Part shown: piece after piece, positions 10,633-20,666 of the stretch | Layout: each line of letters opens with the position of its first letter | Numbering within the stretch: the stretch's first letter is position 1 | DNA from: an uncultured delta proteobacterium | GTDB lineage: Bacteria > Myxococcota > Myxococcia > Myxococcales > Myxococcaceae | Direction of reading: 5' to 3' | DNA: 64,000 bases | Assembly (NCBI GenBank): GCA_963713045.1 | Contig: CAVQKE010000001.1 | Span: 576,001 to 640,000 of the forward strand | The notes under the pieces: generated by a model | What the model saw: only the letters and a program-made list of their open reading frames with translations | Told to the model about the DNA's origin: nothing | Databases searched by the model: none | Position numbers and translations under genes: made by a program

Positions 10633-11084
10633 CGTCCCCACTCCTTCAAGGTCTCTGGACGAATCCAGAGCGTAAAGCCTTCCACCCGCTCCACCCGACA
10701 GCGCGCCCCTTTGGCCAACGTCTTGGGTTCCACGCTTCGCACCGTCCAGCCACTGCCGCGCAGTTCGGCTCGTCCCACCGCACCCGGTGGGAGGTCCTCC
10801 AGCAGCGTCGCCACCTCACCCACCAGAGAGTCGATGGGCGGCAGCGACCTCGCAGTGCCCTTCACCCGGGCGAGGAGCGGTCGCCGCACCGCCAACACCA
10901 GCCCGACCGAAATGCCTGAGAAGAGCAGCCACTGAAGCCAAGGGGGACCGGCCAGGGCCAGCGCGGTGAGGCCGCCCACCAGCAGGGCGCCCAACCCGAA
11001 GAAAACGGCAAAGAAGCCGCCTGGCGTCAGGACCTCGAAGCTCAGTAGCCCGAGCCCGAGAAGAACCCATAGCCACCAGACCAT
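10629..11084 (-). CDS. NfeD-family membrane protein (short form)
   Basis: Hydrophobic N-terminus then OB-fold-like tail (SLVGEVATLL...GRAELRGSGW...VERVEGFTLWI); typical partner of the adjacent SPFH gene. Confidence 0.88.
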   Translation of the reverse strand: MVWWLWVLLGLGLLSFEVLTPGGFFAVFFGLGALLVGGLTALALAGPPWLQWLLFSGISVGLVLAVRRPLLARVKGTARSLPPIDSLVGEVATLLEDLPPGAVGRAELRGSGWTVRSVEPKTLAKGARCRVERVEGFTLWIRPETLKEWGR

Positions 11085-11188
11085 GCCCTTTCTGCGCTCC
11101 TCACTCCCGATGCGGCGGGCGACCACCCACACTAACGCTCGCGCGGACCTCGCCGCCAGCGTGTGCGCCGCCCGGGCGCTTCCACACG

Positions 11189-12616
11189 TCACTCCAGCAG
11201 GGAGGCGTACAGCGCTTCGTACCGTGCCGCCGAAACGCGCCACGAGAAGTCCTTCGCCATGCCGCGACGCCTCAGTCCCTCGAGGACGTCCGGGCGAACC
11301 CAGACCTCGAGGGCGCGCTGCAGCGCCCAGGCCAACGCTTCGGGCGCGAAGTGCTGCAGCTTCAATCCATCTCCATCCGGCAATGCCGCGTCGGTGACGG
11401 TGTCGTCCAGGCCGCCGGTGGCGCGGACGATGGGCACCGTCCCATAGCGGAGCGAATACATTTGGTTCAGGCCGCACGGCTCATAGCGCGAGGGCATGAG
11501 GAAGAAGTCCGCTCCGGCCTCCACCAGGTGGGACAATGCGCTGTCGAAGCCGATGCGCACGCCCACCCGGCCAGGAAACTGGGCGGCCAGCGCCAGGAAG
11601 CCCTTCTCATAGCCCTCATCCCCGCGACCGAGGAAGACGAATTCCGCGGCGGCGCGCGAGAGCATCCACGGGACTGCCGCCAACACCAAGTCAATCCCCT
11701 TCTGCGCCGTCAGTCGGCTCACCAGGCCAAACAAGGGACGAGAGGAGAGGCGCTCCGGCTCCAGAAAGCCGAAGCGACGGCGGAGCTCGGCCTTGCACAC
11801 CGCCTTGCCCGCGAAGTCGGAGGCGTCGTAGCGGGCCGGGAGCAGCGGGTCCTTCGCCGGGTCCCACTCCTCGTCGTCGATTCCGTTGAGAATGCCGGTC
11901 AGGCGGTCCGCCCTGGACTGCAGAACGCCCTCCAGCATGCAGCCGTACTCCTGCGTTTGGATTTCCTGAGCGTAGCGCGGGCTGACGGTGGTCAGCGCGT
12001 CGGCGCTGGTGATGCCGGCCTTCATGAAGTTGACGGTGTCGTAGAATTCGAGCCCGCCCGCGTGGAAGAGCGCCCAGGGCAGCCCGAGGTCATCCATCAC
12101 CGCCTTCGGAAAGTTGCCCTGGTAGGCGAGGTTGTGAATGGTGAAGACGGACCGCGCCGTCCCGAGCGAGGTGGGGGCAAAGCCGCCCCGCAGCGCCACC
12201 GCGGCGAGCCCGCATTGCCAGTCATTGAGGTGGATGACATCCGGGGCAAAGCCCATCCGTTGGGCGGCCTGCAGCGCTGCCACTGAAAAGAAACCGAAGC
12301 GGCGGTGCTCGTCCCAGGCAGTGCCGTAGATGGCCGGTCGCTGGTAGTAACCTGGGTGGTCGATGAACCACACCTCATGTCGCGGGCCGGGGCGCGCCAG
12401 CGCCAACCTGGCGCTCTCGACGCCGAAGGGGAACCGGAGCCGGAGGGTGACGTCCGTCGGCACCAGGTCGCCCCGGACGGCCGCATAGAGCGGGGTCACC
12501 ACACGCACCTCGTGCCCCAGGCGGGCCAGGGCCGCGGGCAGCGCCTTGGCCACATCGCCCAGCCCCCCCGTCTTGCTGAAGGGCGCCACCTCGGAGGACA
12601 GGAAGAGGATGCGCAC
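11189..12616 (-). CDS. glgA: Glycogen synthase
   Basis: SEVAPFSKTGGLGDV, HLNDWQ, FTIHNLAYQG, MPSRYEPCGLNQM and TGGLDDTV motifs. Start approximate (GTG 12616). Confidence 0.95.
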   Translation of the reverse strand: MRILFLSSEVAPFSKTGGLGDVAKALPAALARLGHEVRVVTPLYAAVRGDLVPTDVTLRLRFPFGVESARLALARPGPRHEVWFIDHPGYYQRPAIYGTAWDEHRRFGFFSVAALQAAQRMGFAPDVIHLNDWQCGLAAVALRGGFAPTSLGTARSVFTIHNLAYQGNFPKAVMDDLGLPWALFHAGGLEFYDTVNFMKAGITSADALTTVSPRYAQEIQTQEYGCMLEGVLQSRADRLTGILNGIDDEEWDPAKDPLLPARYDASDFAGKAVCKAELRRRFGFLEPERLSSRPLFGLVSRLTAQKGIDLVLAAVPWMLSRAAAEFVFLGRGDEGYEKGFLALAAQFPGRVGVRIGFDSALSHLVEAGADFFLMPSRYEPCGLNQMYSLRYGTVPIVRATGGLDDTVTDAALPDGDGLKLQHFAPEALAWALQRALEVWVRPDVLEGLRRRGMAKDFSWRVSAARYEALYASLLE

Positions 12617-12684
12617 GGACGAGACGGGACCTCGCCCGAGCCCCGGCGTCAACCCTCTTTCGTCTAAGGTGAGAAAGCTTGCAG

Positions 12685-13302
12685 ATGAGCGCCACCATCA
12701 CCGAAGTCGTGGACCTGTCGGCGGTCCTCGCCTCGGGTTTGAGCGGCGCGGCGCTGGCCAGCAAGAAGCGCTTCGACCTCGGGGGATTGGCCTTTCTCAC
12801 GCTGGTGGCTGGACTGGGCGGCGGCCTCATCCGCGACGTGCTGCTGCAGCAAGGCCTCCCCGTGGCCCTCTCTCACCCGAGCTACCTGTTGGTGGTCATC
12901 GCCGCGGCAGCCATTGGCTACTTCTTCGAAAAACGGGTGTGGCGTGTCCTTCCAGCCGTCGTCGTGGTGGATGCTGCTGGCCTCGGCCTGTATGCCGTCA
13001 TCGGCTGCGTCCGGGCTTCGCAGGCTGGCCTCAGTCCACTTCCCACCGTCCTGGTGGGCGTGCTCACCGCCGTCGGTGGCGGCATCCTCCGCGACGTGTT
13101 GGCCGGTGATGCACCCCTCATCTTCCAACGGGAGGTGTACGCCACCGCCGCCCTTCTGGGCAGTGTCGTCTACGTCGGCCTTCATCGCCTCGGCGTCGGG
13201 CCGGAGGCCGCGGGCGGGCTGGGCTTCGCCTCTGCCACTGGGCTGCGGCTGGTTTCGGTGTGGCGAGGATGGAACATCCCGCGCCTCGGTGGCACGGGTT
13301 GA
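12685..13302 (+). CDS. Trimeric intracellular cation channel (TRIC/UPF0126) family protein
   Basis: Duplicated GGG(L/I)(I/L)RDVL motif, DAAGLG and EVYATAA. Confidence 0.9.
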   Translation: MSATITEVVDLSAVLASGLSGAALASKKRFDLGGLAFLTLVAGLGGGLIRDVLLQQGLPVALSHPSYLLVVIAAAAIGYFFEKRVWRVLPAVVVVDAAGLGLYAVIGCVRASQAGLSPLPTVLVGVLTAVGGGILRDVLAGDAPLIFQREVYATAALLGSVVYVGLHRLGVGPEAAGGLGFASATGLRLVSVWRGWNIPRLGGTG

Positions 13303-13310
13303 GGGACGTT

Positions 13311-13907
13311 ATGGTGGACCCGTCCATGAACGACCCCTTTTCCCGCTTCGCCAGCTGGTACGCCGAGGCGATGAAGGTCATTCCCAAGGACCCCGAGGCG
13401 ATGGTGCTTTCCACCGTCGGCCCGGATGGCCGGCCCAGCGCTCGGGTGGTGTTGATGAAGGGCTTCGACGCGGGCGGCTTCGTCTTCTACACCAACCTGC
13501 AATCGCGCAAGGGCCGGGAGCTCGACACCCAGCCGGCGGCGGCGCTCACCTTCCACTTTGGCCCCCTTCGTCGCCAGGTGCGGGTGGAGGGCGTCGTCCA
13601 CCCGGTGTCGGTGGAGGAGGCGGACCGCTACTTCGCCACCCGACCGCGAGGCAGCCAGCTGGGCGCGTGGGCCTCGGCGCAGAGTGAGCCCCTCGATGAA
13701 CGGGCAACGCTCGAGCGTCGCTTCGCTGAGGTGGAGGCCCGTTTCCGCGGACAGAGTGTCCCTCGCCCTCCCCATTGGTCTGGCTACCGCCTGGTCCCGG
13801 ACCGGATGGAATTTTGGTTGGGGCGTGAGGACCGACTCCACGAGCGAGAGGTCTTCAGCCGGGAACGTCCGGGCGCCCCCTGGACGCTGCAATACCTCTA
13901 CCCCTGA
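13311..13907 (+). CDS. pdxH: Pyridoxamine 5'-phosphate oxidase
   Basis: PSARVVLMK, FYTNLQSRKG, RQVRVEG, SQLGAWASAQS and EFWLGREDRLHER motifs. Confidence 0.95.
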   Translation: MVDPSMNDPFSRFASWYAEAMKVIPKDPEAMVLSTVGPDGRPSARVVLMKGFDAGGFVFYTNLQSRKGRELDTQPAAALTFHFGPLRRQVRVEGVVHPVSVEEADRYFATRPRGSQLGAWASAQSEPLDERATLERRFAEVEARFRGQSVPRPPHWSGYRLVPDRMEFWLGREDRLHEREVFSRERPGAPWTLQYLYP

Positions 13908-13922
13908 GGCAACAGGAGAGGC

Positions 13923-15260
13923 ATGGCACAGCAGCCAGCAACGGTGGTGGTGGGCGGAGGCATCTCCGGACTGGCGCTGGCGCTGCTGCTTCATCGGGCG
14001 GACGTCCCGGTGACGGTGCTGGAGGCGGCCAGCGCCCCTGGCGGCACGGCGCGAACGGTGGAGCGCGACGGTTTTTTGCTCGAGATGGGGCCCAACAGCG
14101 TGCTCGACCGGGAGGGGGCGGTGGGCGGACTGGCCAACTCACTCGGTCTGCAGTTGAGACCCGCCACACCCCAGGCCGCCCGTCGGGCCCTCGTCCTAGG
14201 CGGCCGTCTGCGCGAGCTGCCCAGTGCGCCGCCGGCCATGTTTGCCTCGGATGTGCTCCCCTGGGGCGCGAAGCTTCGCCTCCTCCTCGAGCCCTTCAGC
14301 CGGCGAGGGCCGGCCGGGGTCGACGAGTCCCTGGCAGCGTTCGCGCGCCGACATGTCGGGCGCACCGTTACCGCCACGCTGGTGGACGCGCTGCAGACGG
14401 GCATTTGGGCAGGGGACATGGAGCGGCTCAGCGCCGCGTCGGCCTTCCCCCGCCTGGTGGCGTTGGAGCGCGCCCACCGAAGCCTGGTGGTGGGGGCCAT
14501 CCGAAGCCGCAAGGGGGTGGGGGCAGGCATGGGCCGCGTCAGTGTCGCCTCCCTCGAGGGCGGCCTCGGCGCGCTGTCGCGCGCGGCGGCCGAGGCGCTC
14601 GGCCCACGGGTGCACCTGGAGACGCCGGCCCTGGCGCTGGAGCGCCGCGGCCATGGCTGGTCGGTCGTCACCCCCTCTGGCACCTTGGAGACGTCGCGGG
14701 TGGTGCTGGCGCTTCCCCCCACCGAGACGGCGGACCTTCTCCGCCCCCTGGACAGCGGGCTGGCCGAGGCGCTGGTCAGCATCCCTTCGGTGGCGGTGGC
14801 CGTGGTGCACCTCGGCTTCCGCCCGCCGCTGGAGCCCGAGCCAGAGGGCTTTGGCTTCCTGGTCCCGCCCCGAGAACGAAGGGACATCCTCGGGGCGCTG
14901 TACGCTTCCTCCGCCTTTCCCTTCCGCGCTCCAGGAGGCGGCACCCTCCTCACCGTCCTCATCGGCGGGGCGCACCGGCCTGAGCTGCTGGCGCGCGACG
15001 ACGAGGGCCTGGTGCAGACGGCCCGAGGAGAGCTGACCGCCCTGTTGGGCATTCAGCGTGCGCCCACCCTGACGCAGGTCTTCCGCTGGCCGCGGGCCAT
15101 TCCGCAGTACAACGTCGGCCATGCGCAGCGGGTGCAAAGCATTCTGGCGCAGGCCGGCCGCTGGCCCGGGCTGTGGTTGGCTGGCAACGCCTACCGAGGG
15201 GCGGGCCTGGCAGACTGTGTCCGGGCCGCTTCGGAATTGGCCCGGCGGCTGGCCGGCTGA
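13923..15260 (+). CDS. hemG: Protoporphyrinogen/coproporphyrinogen oxidase, HemY-type FAD enzyme
   Basis: VVGGGISGL FAD motif, EMGPNS, GFGFLVP, AIPQYNVGH and AGNAYRGAGLADC. Confidence 0.9.
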   Translation: MAQQPATVVVGGGISGLALALLLHRADVPVTVLEAASAPGGTARTVERDGFLLEMGPNSVLDREGAVGGLANSLGLQLRPATPQAARRALVLGGRLRELPSAPPAMFASDVLPWGAKLRLLLEPFSRRGPAGVDESLAAFARRHVGRTVTATLVDALQTGIWAGDMERLSAASAFPRLVALERAHRSLVVGAIRSRKGVGAGMGRVSVASLEGGLGALSRAAAEALGPRVHLETPALALERRGHGWSVVTPSGTLETSRVVLALPPTETADLLRPLDSGLAEALVSIPSVAVAVVHLGFRPPLEPEPEGFGFLVPPRERRDILGALYASSAFPFRAPGGGTLLTVLIGGAHRPELLARDDEGLVQTARGELTALLGIQRAPTLTQVFRWPRAIPQYNVGHAQRVQSILAQAGRWPGLWLAGNAYRGAGLADCVRAASELARRLAG

Positions 15261-15366
15261 CTCAGACCGCCGGTTGAAGTCAAGGCGGCGCGCGGCACTC
15301 CCCCGGGGCAGGCAGCCCCTCCGGGCTTGCGTCCGACGGGTCGACTGAGGCATGGCGGGGTTAGGG

Positions 15367-15735
15367 ATGGAACCAGTCTCAGCACACACCAGTTGGAAAG
15401 AAGCCGGGCGCGAACTCGTCGCCGAGGCCCTCGACCCAACCAACTGGGTGGGGGTGGCGCCGGGAGAGGCACTCTCAGCGCGGCCGGTCAACCTGCAGCG
15501 GCGGGTTGGGCACACCCGGGTGGTGGCCTCGGTGGATGTGAGTGAGCGCCTCGGCCTTTTGCTGCACGTCGCCTTTCGCGGTCCGGCGCTTGACCCCATG
15601 GGGGCGGCGGCCCTGCTGGCGGCCTTCTTGGATGGCTCCCGGCCTCTGCTGTTGTCCGCCCGCTGGCAGGTGGAGGTGGACGCCCGCGGCTGGGTCCACT
15701 TCGTCAGGCCGTACCTGCCGCTCCTGAGGGCGTAA
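15367..15735 (+). CDS. Hypothetical protein
   Basis: 122-aa ORF filling the gap between hemG and the phosphoesterase; no recognised motif. Confidence 0.5.
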   Translation: MEPVSAHTSWKEAGRELVAEALDPTNWVGVAPGEALSARPVNLQRRVGHTRVVASVDVSERLGLLLHVAFRGPALDPMGAAALLAAFLDGSRPLLLSARWQVEVDARGWVHFVRPYLPLLRA

Positions 15736-16589
15736 CGGCCTGCGGCCGAAGGGCGCGCGCGCTGGAAATTTGCCCGGCCGCGGTCTCCAGCACCCAGTAG
15801 CCTTCGTCGCCGGCCTCGGTGGAGGAGCCCGCGCCGAAAATATGCGGGCGGGACGCCGTCGCCGGGTGGTGGAAGCGGTGGTGGATGTGGCCGTGCAGCA
15901 CGGCGAAGCGTGGCCCGGGCAGCAGCGCCAGCAGCCGTCGAGCGTCCACCAACCCGTGTGCCGGCCGGTCCGCCCGCCCATTGGCCCTGAAGGGGGCGTG
16001 GTGGACGGCCACCAGCACCGCACGGCCGCGCATTCGCGGGTCGGCCAAAAGACGCGCCAGGGCGTCGAGCTGCGCCTTGCCGATGACGCCGTAGGAAAGG
16101 CCTGGAATGGGCGGAACGCGTGCTGAGCAGAGCCCCACCACCGCGTCCTGGTCTCCCAACAAACGCACCACCGGAAAGCGGTCCTCCACCGCCAGCTCGG
16201 GAATGTCCGAGGGCAACAGCTGCCCGAAGCTGCATTCGAAGCGCCGGCACCGCAGGGCGCCGGGCGTGTAGCGGTCGTGGTTTCCGGGGATGACGGTGGC
16301 CCGCCGCGGGTCCTCCACCCAGGGGGCCAGCGCCGCTCGAGCTCGGGTAAACTCCTCGGGCATGGCGTAGGCGGTCACGTCCCCGGAGAGGATGAGGTGG
16401 TCCACGCCAAGGCCCTCCGCGTCCCGAGCGATGTGTCGCAGCGTCTCCTCGGCGTGCGCAAAGCGCCGGGCCCGGCCGCCGAGCCGCAACTCCACCCAGT
16501 GCAATCCACCGCCGCCAGCCCAAACGAAGCAGCTGGCGGCGCGCATAGTCGGCGGTGACGTGGACGTCGGAGCAATGCAGGTACCGCAT
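15704..16589 (-). CDS. Metallophosphoesterase (calcineurin-like); +1 frameshift at 16495-16497
   Basis: DxH motif (HCSDVH) in the 5' frame; SGDVT, PGNHD, HHAP and HGHIH in the 3' frame. An extra G in CTGGGTG joins WIAL to VELRL. Confidence 0.85.
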
Positions 16590-16652
16590 GGGGTCCCCTT
16601 TAACCTTCTTGGGCCTGGAGGAGCAGGGCTGTTGTGCCAGGCTGCAAAGGCC

Positions 16653-17606
16653 ATGCGCACAATTCACCGCGGCCGCTTCGCCCCGAGCCCCACCGGCCAG
16701 CTGCATCTCGGCAACGCCTGGGCCGCGTTGCTCGGCTGGCTGTGGGCGCGAAGGGAGAATGGGCAGTTTGCCCTTCGCGTTGACGACCTCGACGCCAGCC
16801 GGTGCCGGGCAGAGCACGTGGACACCCTGCGACGCGACTTGGACTGGCTGGGGCTCACCTTCGACGGCCCGCTCGTCTACCAAAGCCAGCGCGCTGAGGC
16901 CTACCAGGCCGCCCTGGAGCGACTCACCGCCACCGGCCTCCTCTACGCGTGCTTCTGTACCCGGGCGGAGGTTGCCCGGGCCGCCACCGCACCGCACGGA
17001 CCGGCAGAGGATGGGCCGGTGTACCCCGGCACCTGCGCCATTCTTCAGCCGACGGAAGTCCAACGGCGCAGCCGCGAGCGCACTCCGGCCCTGCGCTTCC
17101 GCACCGCGAAGGGCCCCGTACGCTTCGTCGACGCGGTGCGGGGCGAGGTGCAGCAGGACGTGCAGACGGCAGTGGGCGACTTCGTCGTCCGACGCAACGA
17201 CGGGGTGGCCAGCTACCAGTTGGCCGTCGTCGTGGACGACGGCGAGTTGGGCGTTACCCACGTCCTGCGAGGAGACGATTTGCTTGGCTCGACTCCCCGG
17301 CAAATTCAGCTGGCTGGCGCGCTGGGTCTTCCAGTTCCCACCTACGCCCACGTGCCGCTGTTGGTGGGGAGGGACGGGAAGCGGCTGGCCAAGCGCGCCG
17401 GCCCACCCACCCTGAGTGAGCTCCGCCAAGCGGGACTGCCGGCGGAGCGGCTGTTGGGCCTCCTCGCTGCGTGGGCTGGGCTTTCGGACGGTCGCCCGGT
17501 GTCCGCCGCAGCGCTGGTCGAGCACTTCTCCCTCGCCCGCCTCGGCCCTTCTCCACGGACGGTGGACGAAGGGGAGGTGCGCGCCACCCTGGCGAGGCTG
17601 CCGTGA
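16653..17606 (+). CDS. gluQ: tRNA glutamyl-Q(34) synthetase GluQRS
   Basis: GRFAPSPTGQLHLGN, YACFCTR, YQLAVVVDD, RGDDLL and RLAKR motifs; short, with no anticodon-binding domain. Confidence 0.92.
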   Translation: MRTIHRGRFAPSPTGQLHLGNAWAALLGWLWARRENGQFALRVDDLDASRCRAEHVDTLRRDLDWLGLTFDGPLVYQSQRAEAYQAALERLTATGLLYACFCTRAEVARAATAPHGPAEDGPVYPGTCAILQPTEVQRRSRERTPALRFRTAKGPVRFVDAVRGEVQQDVQTAVGDFVVRRNDGVASYQLAVVVDDGELGVTHVLRGDDLLGSTPRQIQLAGALGLPVPTYAHVPLLVGRDGKRLAKRAGPPTLSELRQAGLPAERLLGLLAAWAGLSDGRPVSAAALVEHFSLARLGPSPRTVDEGEVRATLARLP

Positions 17607-17630
17607 AACGTCCCCCAGGGGTGCTGGCGG

Positions 17631-18233
17631 TCAGCCGTTGGGCTTGAAGGCCGCCGACGGTGTTGGCGCGCGGCGGCGTCGACTGGGGGTTGCCTCAACG
17701 GGCCGGGGGTACTTGTGCAGCTTGCGCTGCAGGGACTTGCGGTGGAGGCCGAGGCGGCGTGCGGCCTCGGAAACGTTGCCTTCGCAGTCCGCCAGGACGC
17801 GCTGAATGTGCTCCCACTCCGCTCGCGCCAGCGTCGGCGTTGCCGCCTCGGGCAGCGGGCTCGGGGCACCGGCTGCCCGACCGAAGGTGGCCAGCAACTG
17901 GTCGGCGTCGATGGGCTTGGCCACGTAGTCCAGCGCTCCGCGCCGGACCGCCTCCAGGGCAGTGGCAATGCTGCCGTAGCCAGTCAGGACGACCACCGAG
18001 GTGCTGGGGTCGAGCGCCTTCAGCTCGGCCAAAAGGTGGAGGCCGCCGCGCCCAGGCATCTTCAAATCCACCACCGCGTACTCAGGGGATTCTTGCTGCG
18101 CCAGCGCCAGCGCCTCGTCGGCGCTTCCGGCGGTGCGCACCTCGTGGCCGCGGTCTCGAAGGGCCCGCGCCAGGCGGCTGCGAAAGACCTCGTCGTCGTC
18201 AACCACCAGGATGGAGAAGGAGGGGGGAATCAC
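17631..18233 (-). CDS. RegA/PrrA/ActR-family response regulator
   Basis: Receiver domain (VVDDD, VVDLKM, LTGYGSIATA) plus Fis-type HTH EWEHIQRVLADCEGNVSEAARRLGLHRKSLQRKL. Confidence 0.92.
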   Translation of the reverse strand: MIPPSFSILVVDDDEVFRSRLARALRDRGHEVRTAGSADEALALAQQESPEYAVVDLKMPGRGGLHLLAELKALDPSTSVVVLTGYGSIATALEAVRRGALDYVAKPIDADQLLATFGRAAGAPSPLPEAATPTLARAEWEHIQRVLADCEGNVSEAARRLGLHRKSLQRKLHKYPRPVEATPSRRRRAPTPSAAFKPNG

Positions 18234-19543
18234 GGCTGCAGGGACTGGGGCTGGGTGGCCGGCGCGCTCGCCGCCTCCAGCGGCACTTGCACCACCGCGC
18301 GCGTTCCGCTTCCCGGCTCCGAGGTGAGGGAGAAGCTGCCGCCCAGCTGTTCGGAGAGGCTGCGCGCAAGAAAGACGCCTAAGCCCATTCCCGAGCCGGG
18401 CTGGCGTGTGGTGAAGAAGGGCTCGCCCACGCGGCGCAGCACCTCCGGAGGAATTCCGGTGCCCCGGTCGGTGACCTCCAGGCGTAGCGCGCCCGCGGTG
18501 GCCTCCACCCTCAACACCACCTCCCCTCCCACCGGGGAGGCCTGAAGCGCGTTGCGCACCAGCGCTTGCGTCGAACGGCCCAGCGCCCGCAGCGGGAGCA
18601 GCGGGGCTCGGCGCCCGAGGTCCCCCAGCGCCACCACGCGCACCTGCTCTCGCCCGGCGAGACCCTCGAGGGCCTCGTCCACCACCGCCGACAGCGGCTG
18701 GCCGCTGCCCTCGCCGCTCGGCGCGCCGGCGTCGGTGGCCATGCGCGCCAGGGTCCGCCGGCAGCGTTCCACCTCGTCCCGAATGAGGCGCGCATCGGCT
18801 GCAGCTTCGGGATGGGCGGTTAGCTGCCGCCCCAGCTCGTGGGCCACCACGGCAATGGTGGACAGAGGCGTGGACAACTCATGGGCGGCTCCGGCGGCGA
18901 GGGTGGCCAGCGAGGCAAGCCGCTCGCGTCGGGCAGCTTGGGCGCGCGCCTCAGCCAACTCCGCATCGCGCGCCGCGAGGGCGCGGGTGACGCGCTGGAC
19001 GAAGACGACGATGAAGGCGGCAGCCACCCCGAAGGCCACCCACATGCCTCGAATGTGCAGCTCCATCATCTGTTCGTGGGACAGGCCGTGGGCCAGCAGC
19101 CACGGGAAACGGGGGGCCAGGAAAAGCGTCCCGAAGCAGGCCAGGGCGAAGCCCATCAGCGCCCAGGTGCGCCGGGGAGCCAGCATGACAGCGGCCAGAG
19201 CCACTTCCACCAGGTACAGCACGCTGAAGGGGTTGTTGGGACCTCCGCTGAGGGCGAAGAGAATGGTGAGGAGGATGAAGTCTGCCGCGATGACCAGGGC
19301 GATGGCATTCTCGGCTCCGGCGTCCGAGGACAAAAGGCGCGGCGATGTCCGTGCCCAGCGGGAGAGGGCGGCGTTGCTGAGAAACTCCACGCCAATGACG
19401 CAGAGGAGCGGCACCAGCGGCACCCGCACCCCGAGGAAGGCCTGCACCGAAAGCAGCAGCGCCAGCTGTCCCAGGGCAACGCCCCAGCGGAGGCGGACCA
19501 GCCAACGAAAGTTGAGGGCGCCTGGTTCGAGGGTGCTGTCCAT
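18230..19543 (-). CDS. RegB/PrrB/ActS-family sensor histidine kinase
   Basis: LVRLRW N-terminus, GGPNNPF motif, AAHELSTPL H-box, ERCR cysteine, DRGTG and GMGLG boxes; overlaps the regulator start. Confidence 0.92.
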   Translation of the reverse strand: MDSTLEPGALNFRWLVRLRWGVALGQLALLLSVQAFLGVRVPLVPLLCVIGVEFLSNAALSRWARTSPRLLSSDAGAENAIALVIAADFILLTILFALSGGPNNPFSVLYLVEVALAAVMLAPRRTWALMGFALACFGTLFLAPRFPWLLAHGLSHEQMMELHIRGMWVAFGVAAAFIVVFVQRVTRALAARDAELAEARAQAARRERLASLATLAAGAAHELSTPLSTIAVVAHELGRQLTAHPEAAADARLIRDEVERCRRTLARMATDAGAPSGEGSGQPLSAVVDEALEGLAGREQVRVVALGDLGRRAPLLPLRALGRSTQALVRNALQASPVGGEVVLRVEATAGALRLEVTDRGTGIPPEVLRRVGEPFFTTRQPGSGMGLGVFLARSLSEQLGGSFSLTSEPGSGTRAVVQVPLEAASAPATQPQSLQP

Positions 19544-19612
19544 AGGGCGGCCCGCAAGCGTACCTCGGCTGTGGCCGGTTGCCGTTGTCTCCTCGCCCAC
19601 CCCAGGGGCGGC

Positions 19613-20605
19613 ATGAAGTCCGCCCCTTTGCGCCCGCGCGCCCACTGGCTGGACGTCGCCTTCGCCCGGCACGCCAGTCGCCAGCCCTTCTTCCAGGACG
19701 GCTGGGGGGACGAGACACTGCTGGAGAAGGCCCGCTTGGGCCTCCTGGATGGAAGGCCCCCGGCTGCGGTGGAACCCGCCTGGGCGACCGCCGGTCTTCG
19801 GCGCGGGCGACTGTCAGTGCGAGACGGCGTCTTTCGCTCTCCGCAAGAAGGGCTTCCGCGAGGCGTGGAAACTGCCCACCTGCGCTGGCTGACCCACGCG
19901 CGCGGCCCGGCCGACAGCGCGTGCCTGGTGCTGGCCGGCTCGCGAGAAGAGGGCTTCGGCCTGCGCCAGGCCATTCACGCTCCCCTCGTCCACGCCGGGG
20001 TGGACGTGGTGCTGCTGGAAAACCCGTTTGCCGGCCTTCGACGCGCACCGGGGCAACGCGGCGCAGCGGTGCGGACGGTGAGCGACCACGTGCTGCTGAA
20101 CCTCGCCATGGTGCAGGAAGCACGGGCCGTCCTCGGCTGGCTCGGCCGCGCTGGCTACCACCGGCGGGGAGTGGCGGGCTACAGCATGGGCGGCTTCATG
20201 GCCGCCCTCGTCGCTGCCCTCAGCCCTGAGCCCCTGGCCGTGGCAGCTCTGGCGGCGGGGACGACACCGGCGCCGGTTTTCACCCAAGGGCTGCTGGCGC
20301 GCTCGGTGGACTTCGCCACCTTGGGGAAGACGGCCGGTGGCCCGGAGCAGGCGCGGACTCGACTGGCCTCCCTCTTTGCCATGGCCGACGTGCGCCGTTT
20401 GCAGCCGCCAGCTCGGGCCCAAGCGGCGCTGGTGGTGGGGTGCCTGCGGGACGGCTACGTGTCGTCGGAGGACACCGAAGCGCTGGCAAAGCACTGGCCG
20501 GGCAGCACCTTGCGCTGGCTGAAGGCAGGACACATTTCCGCCCTCCTCTTGCGGCGCGCGGAGCTGCGAGCCGCCGTGGCCGAGGCCTTTCAACGGCTCG
20601 CCTGA
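19613..20605 (+). CDS. Alpha/beta hydrolase (ABHD18/DUF2048-like)
   Basis: FFQDGWG, LENPFAGLR, GYSMGG nucleophile elbow, DGYV and GH catalytic residues. Confidence 0.8.
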   Translation: MKSAPLRPRAHWLDVAFARHASRQPFFQDGWGDETLLEKARLGLLDGRPPAAVEPAWATAGLRRGRLSVRDGVFRSPQEGLPRGVETAHLRWLTHARGPADSACLVLAGSREEGFGLRQAIHAPLVHAGVDVVLLENPFAGLRRAPGQRGAAVRTVSDHVLLNLAMVQEARAVLGWLGRAGYHRRGVAGYSMGGFMAALVAALSPEPLAVAALAAGTTPAPVFTQGLLARSVDFATLGKTAGGPEQARTRLASLFAMADVRRLQPPARAQAALVVGCLRDGYVSSEDTEALAKHWPGSTLRWLKAGHISALLLRRAELRAAVAEAFQRLA

Positions 20606-20666
20606 AGCCCCGCCCCTCTCTGGCAGTCCGGGCAGCGCCCGCGCTAGGAAAGCGACGGCCCGCCCG

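Noticed and set aside
14196..17525. 1109-aa minus-strand ORF and many other long antisense or alternative-frame ORFs (e.g. 8923-10935, 1121-2830, 23181-24650)
   Set aside because: They overlap well-supported genes, are Arg/Ala/Gly/Pro-rich and lack motifs, as expected for shadow ORFs in high-GC DNA. Only the short metallophosphoesterase N-terminus inside 14196-17525 appears real.
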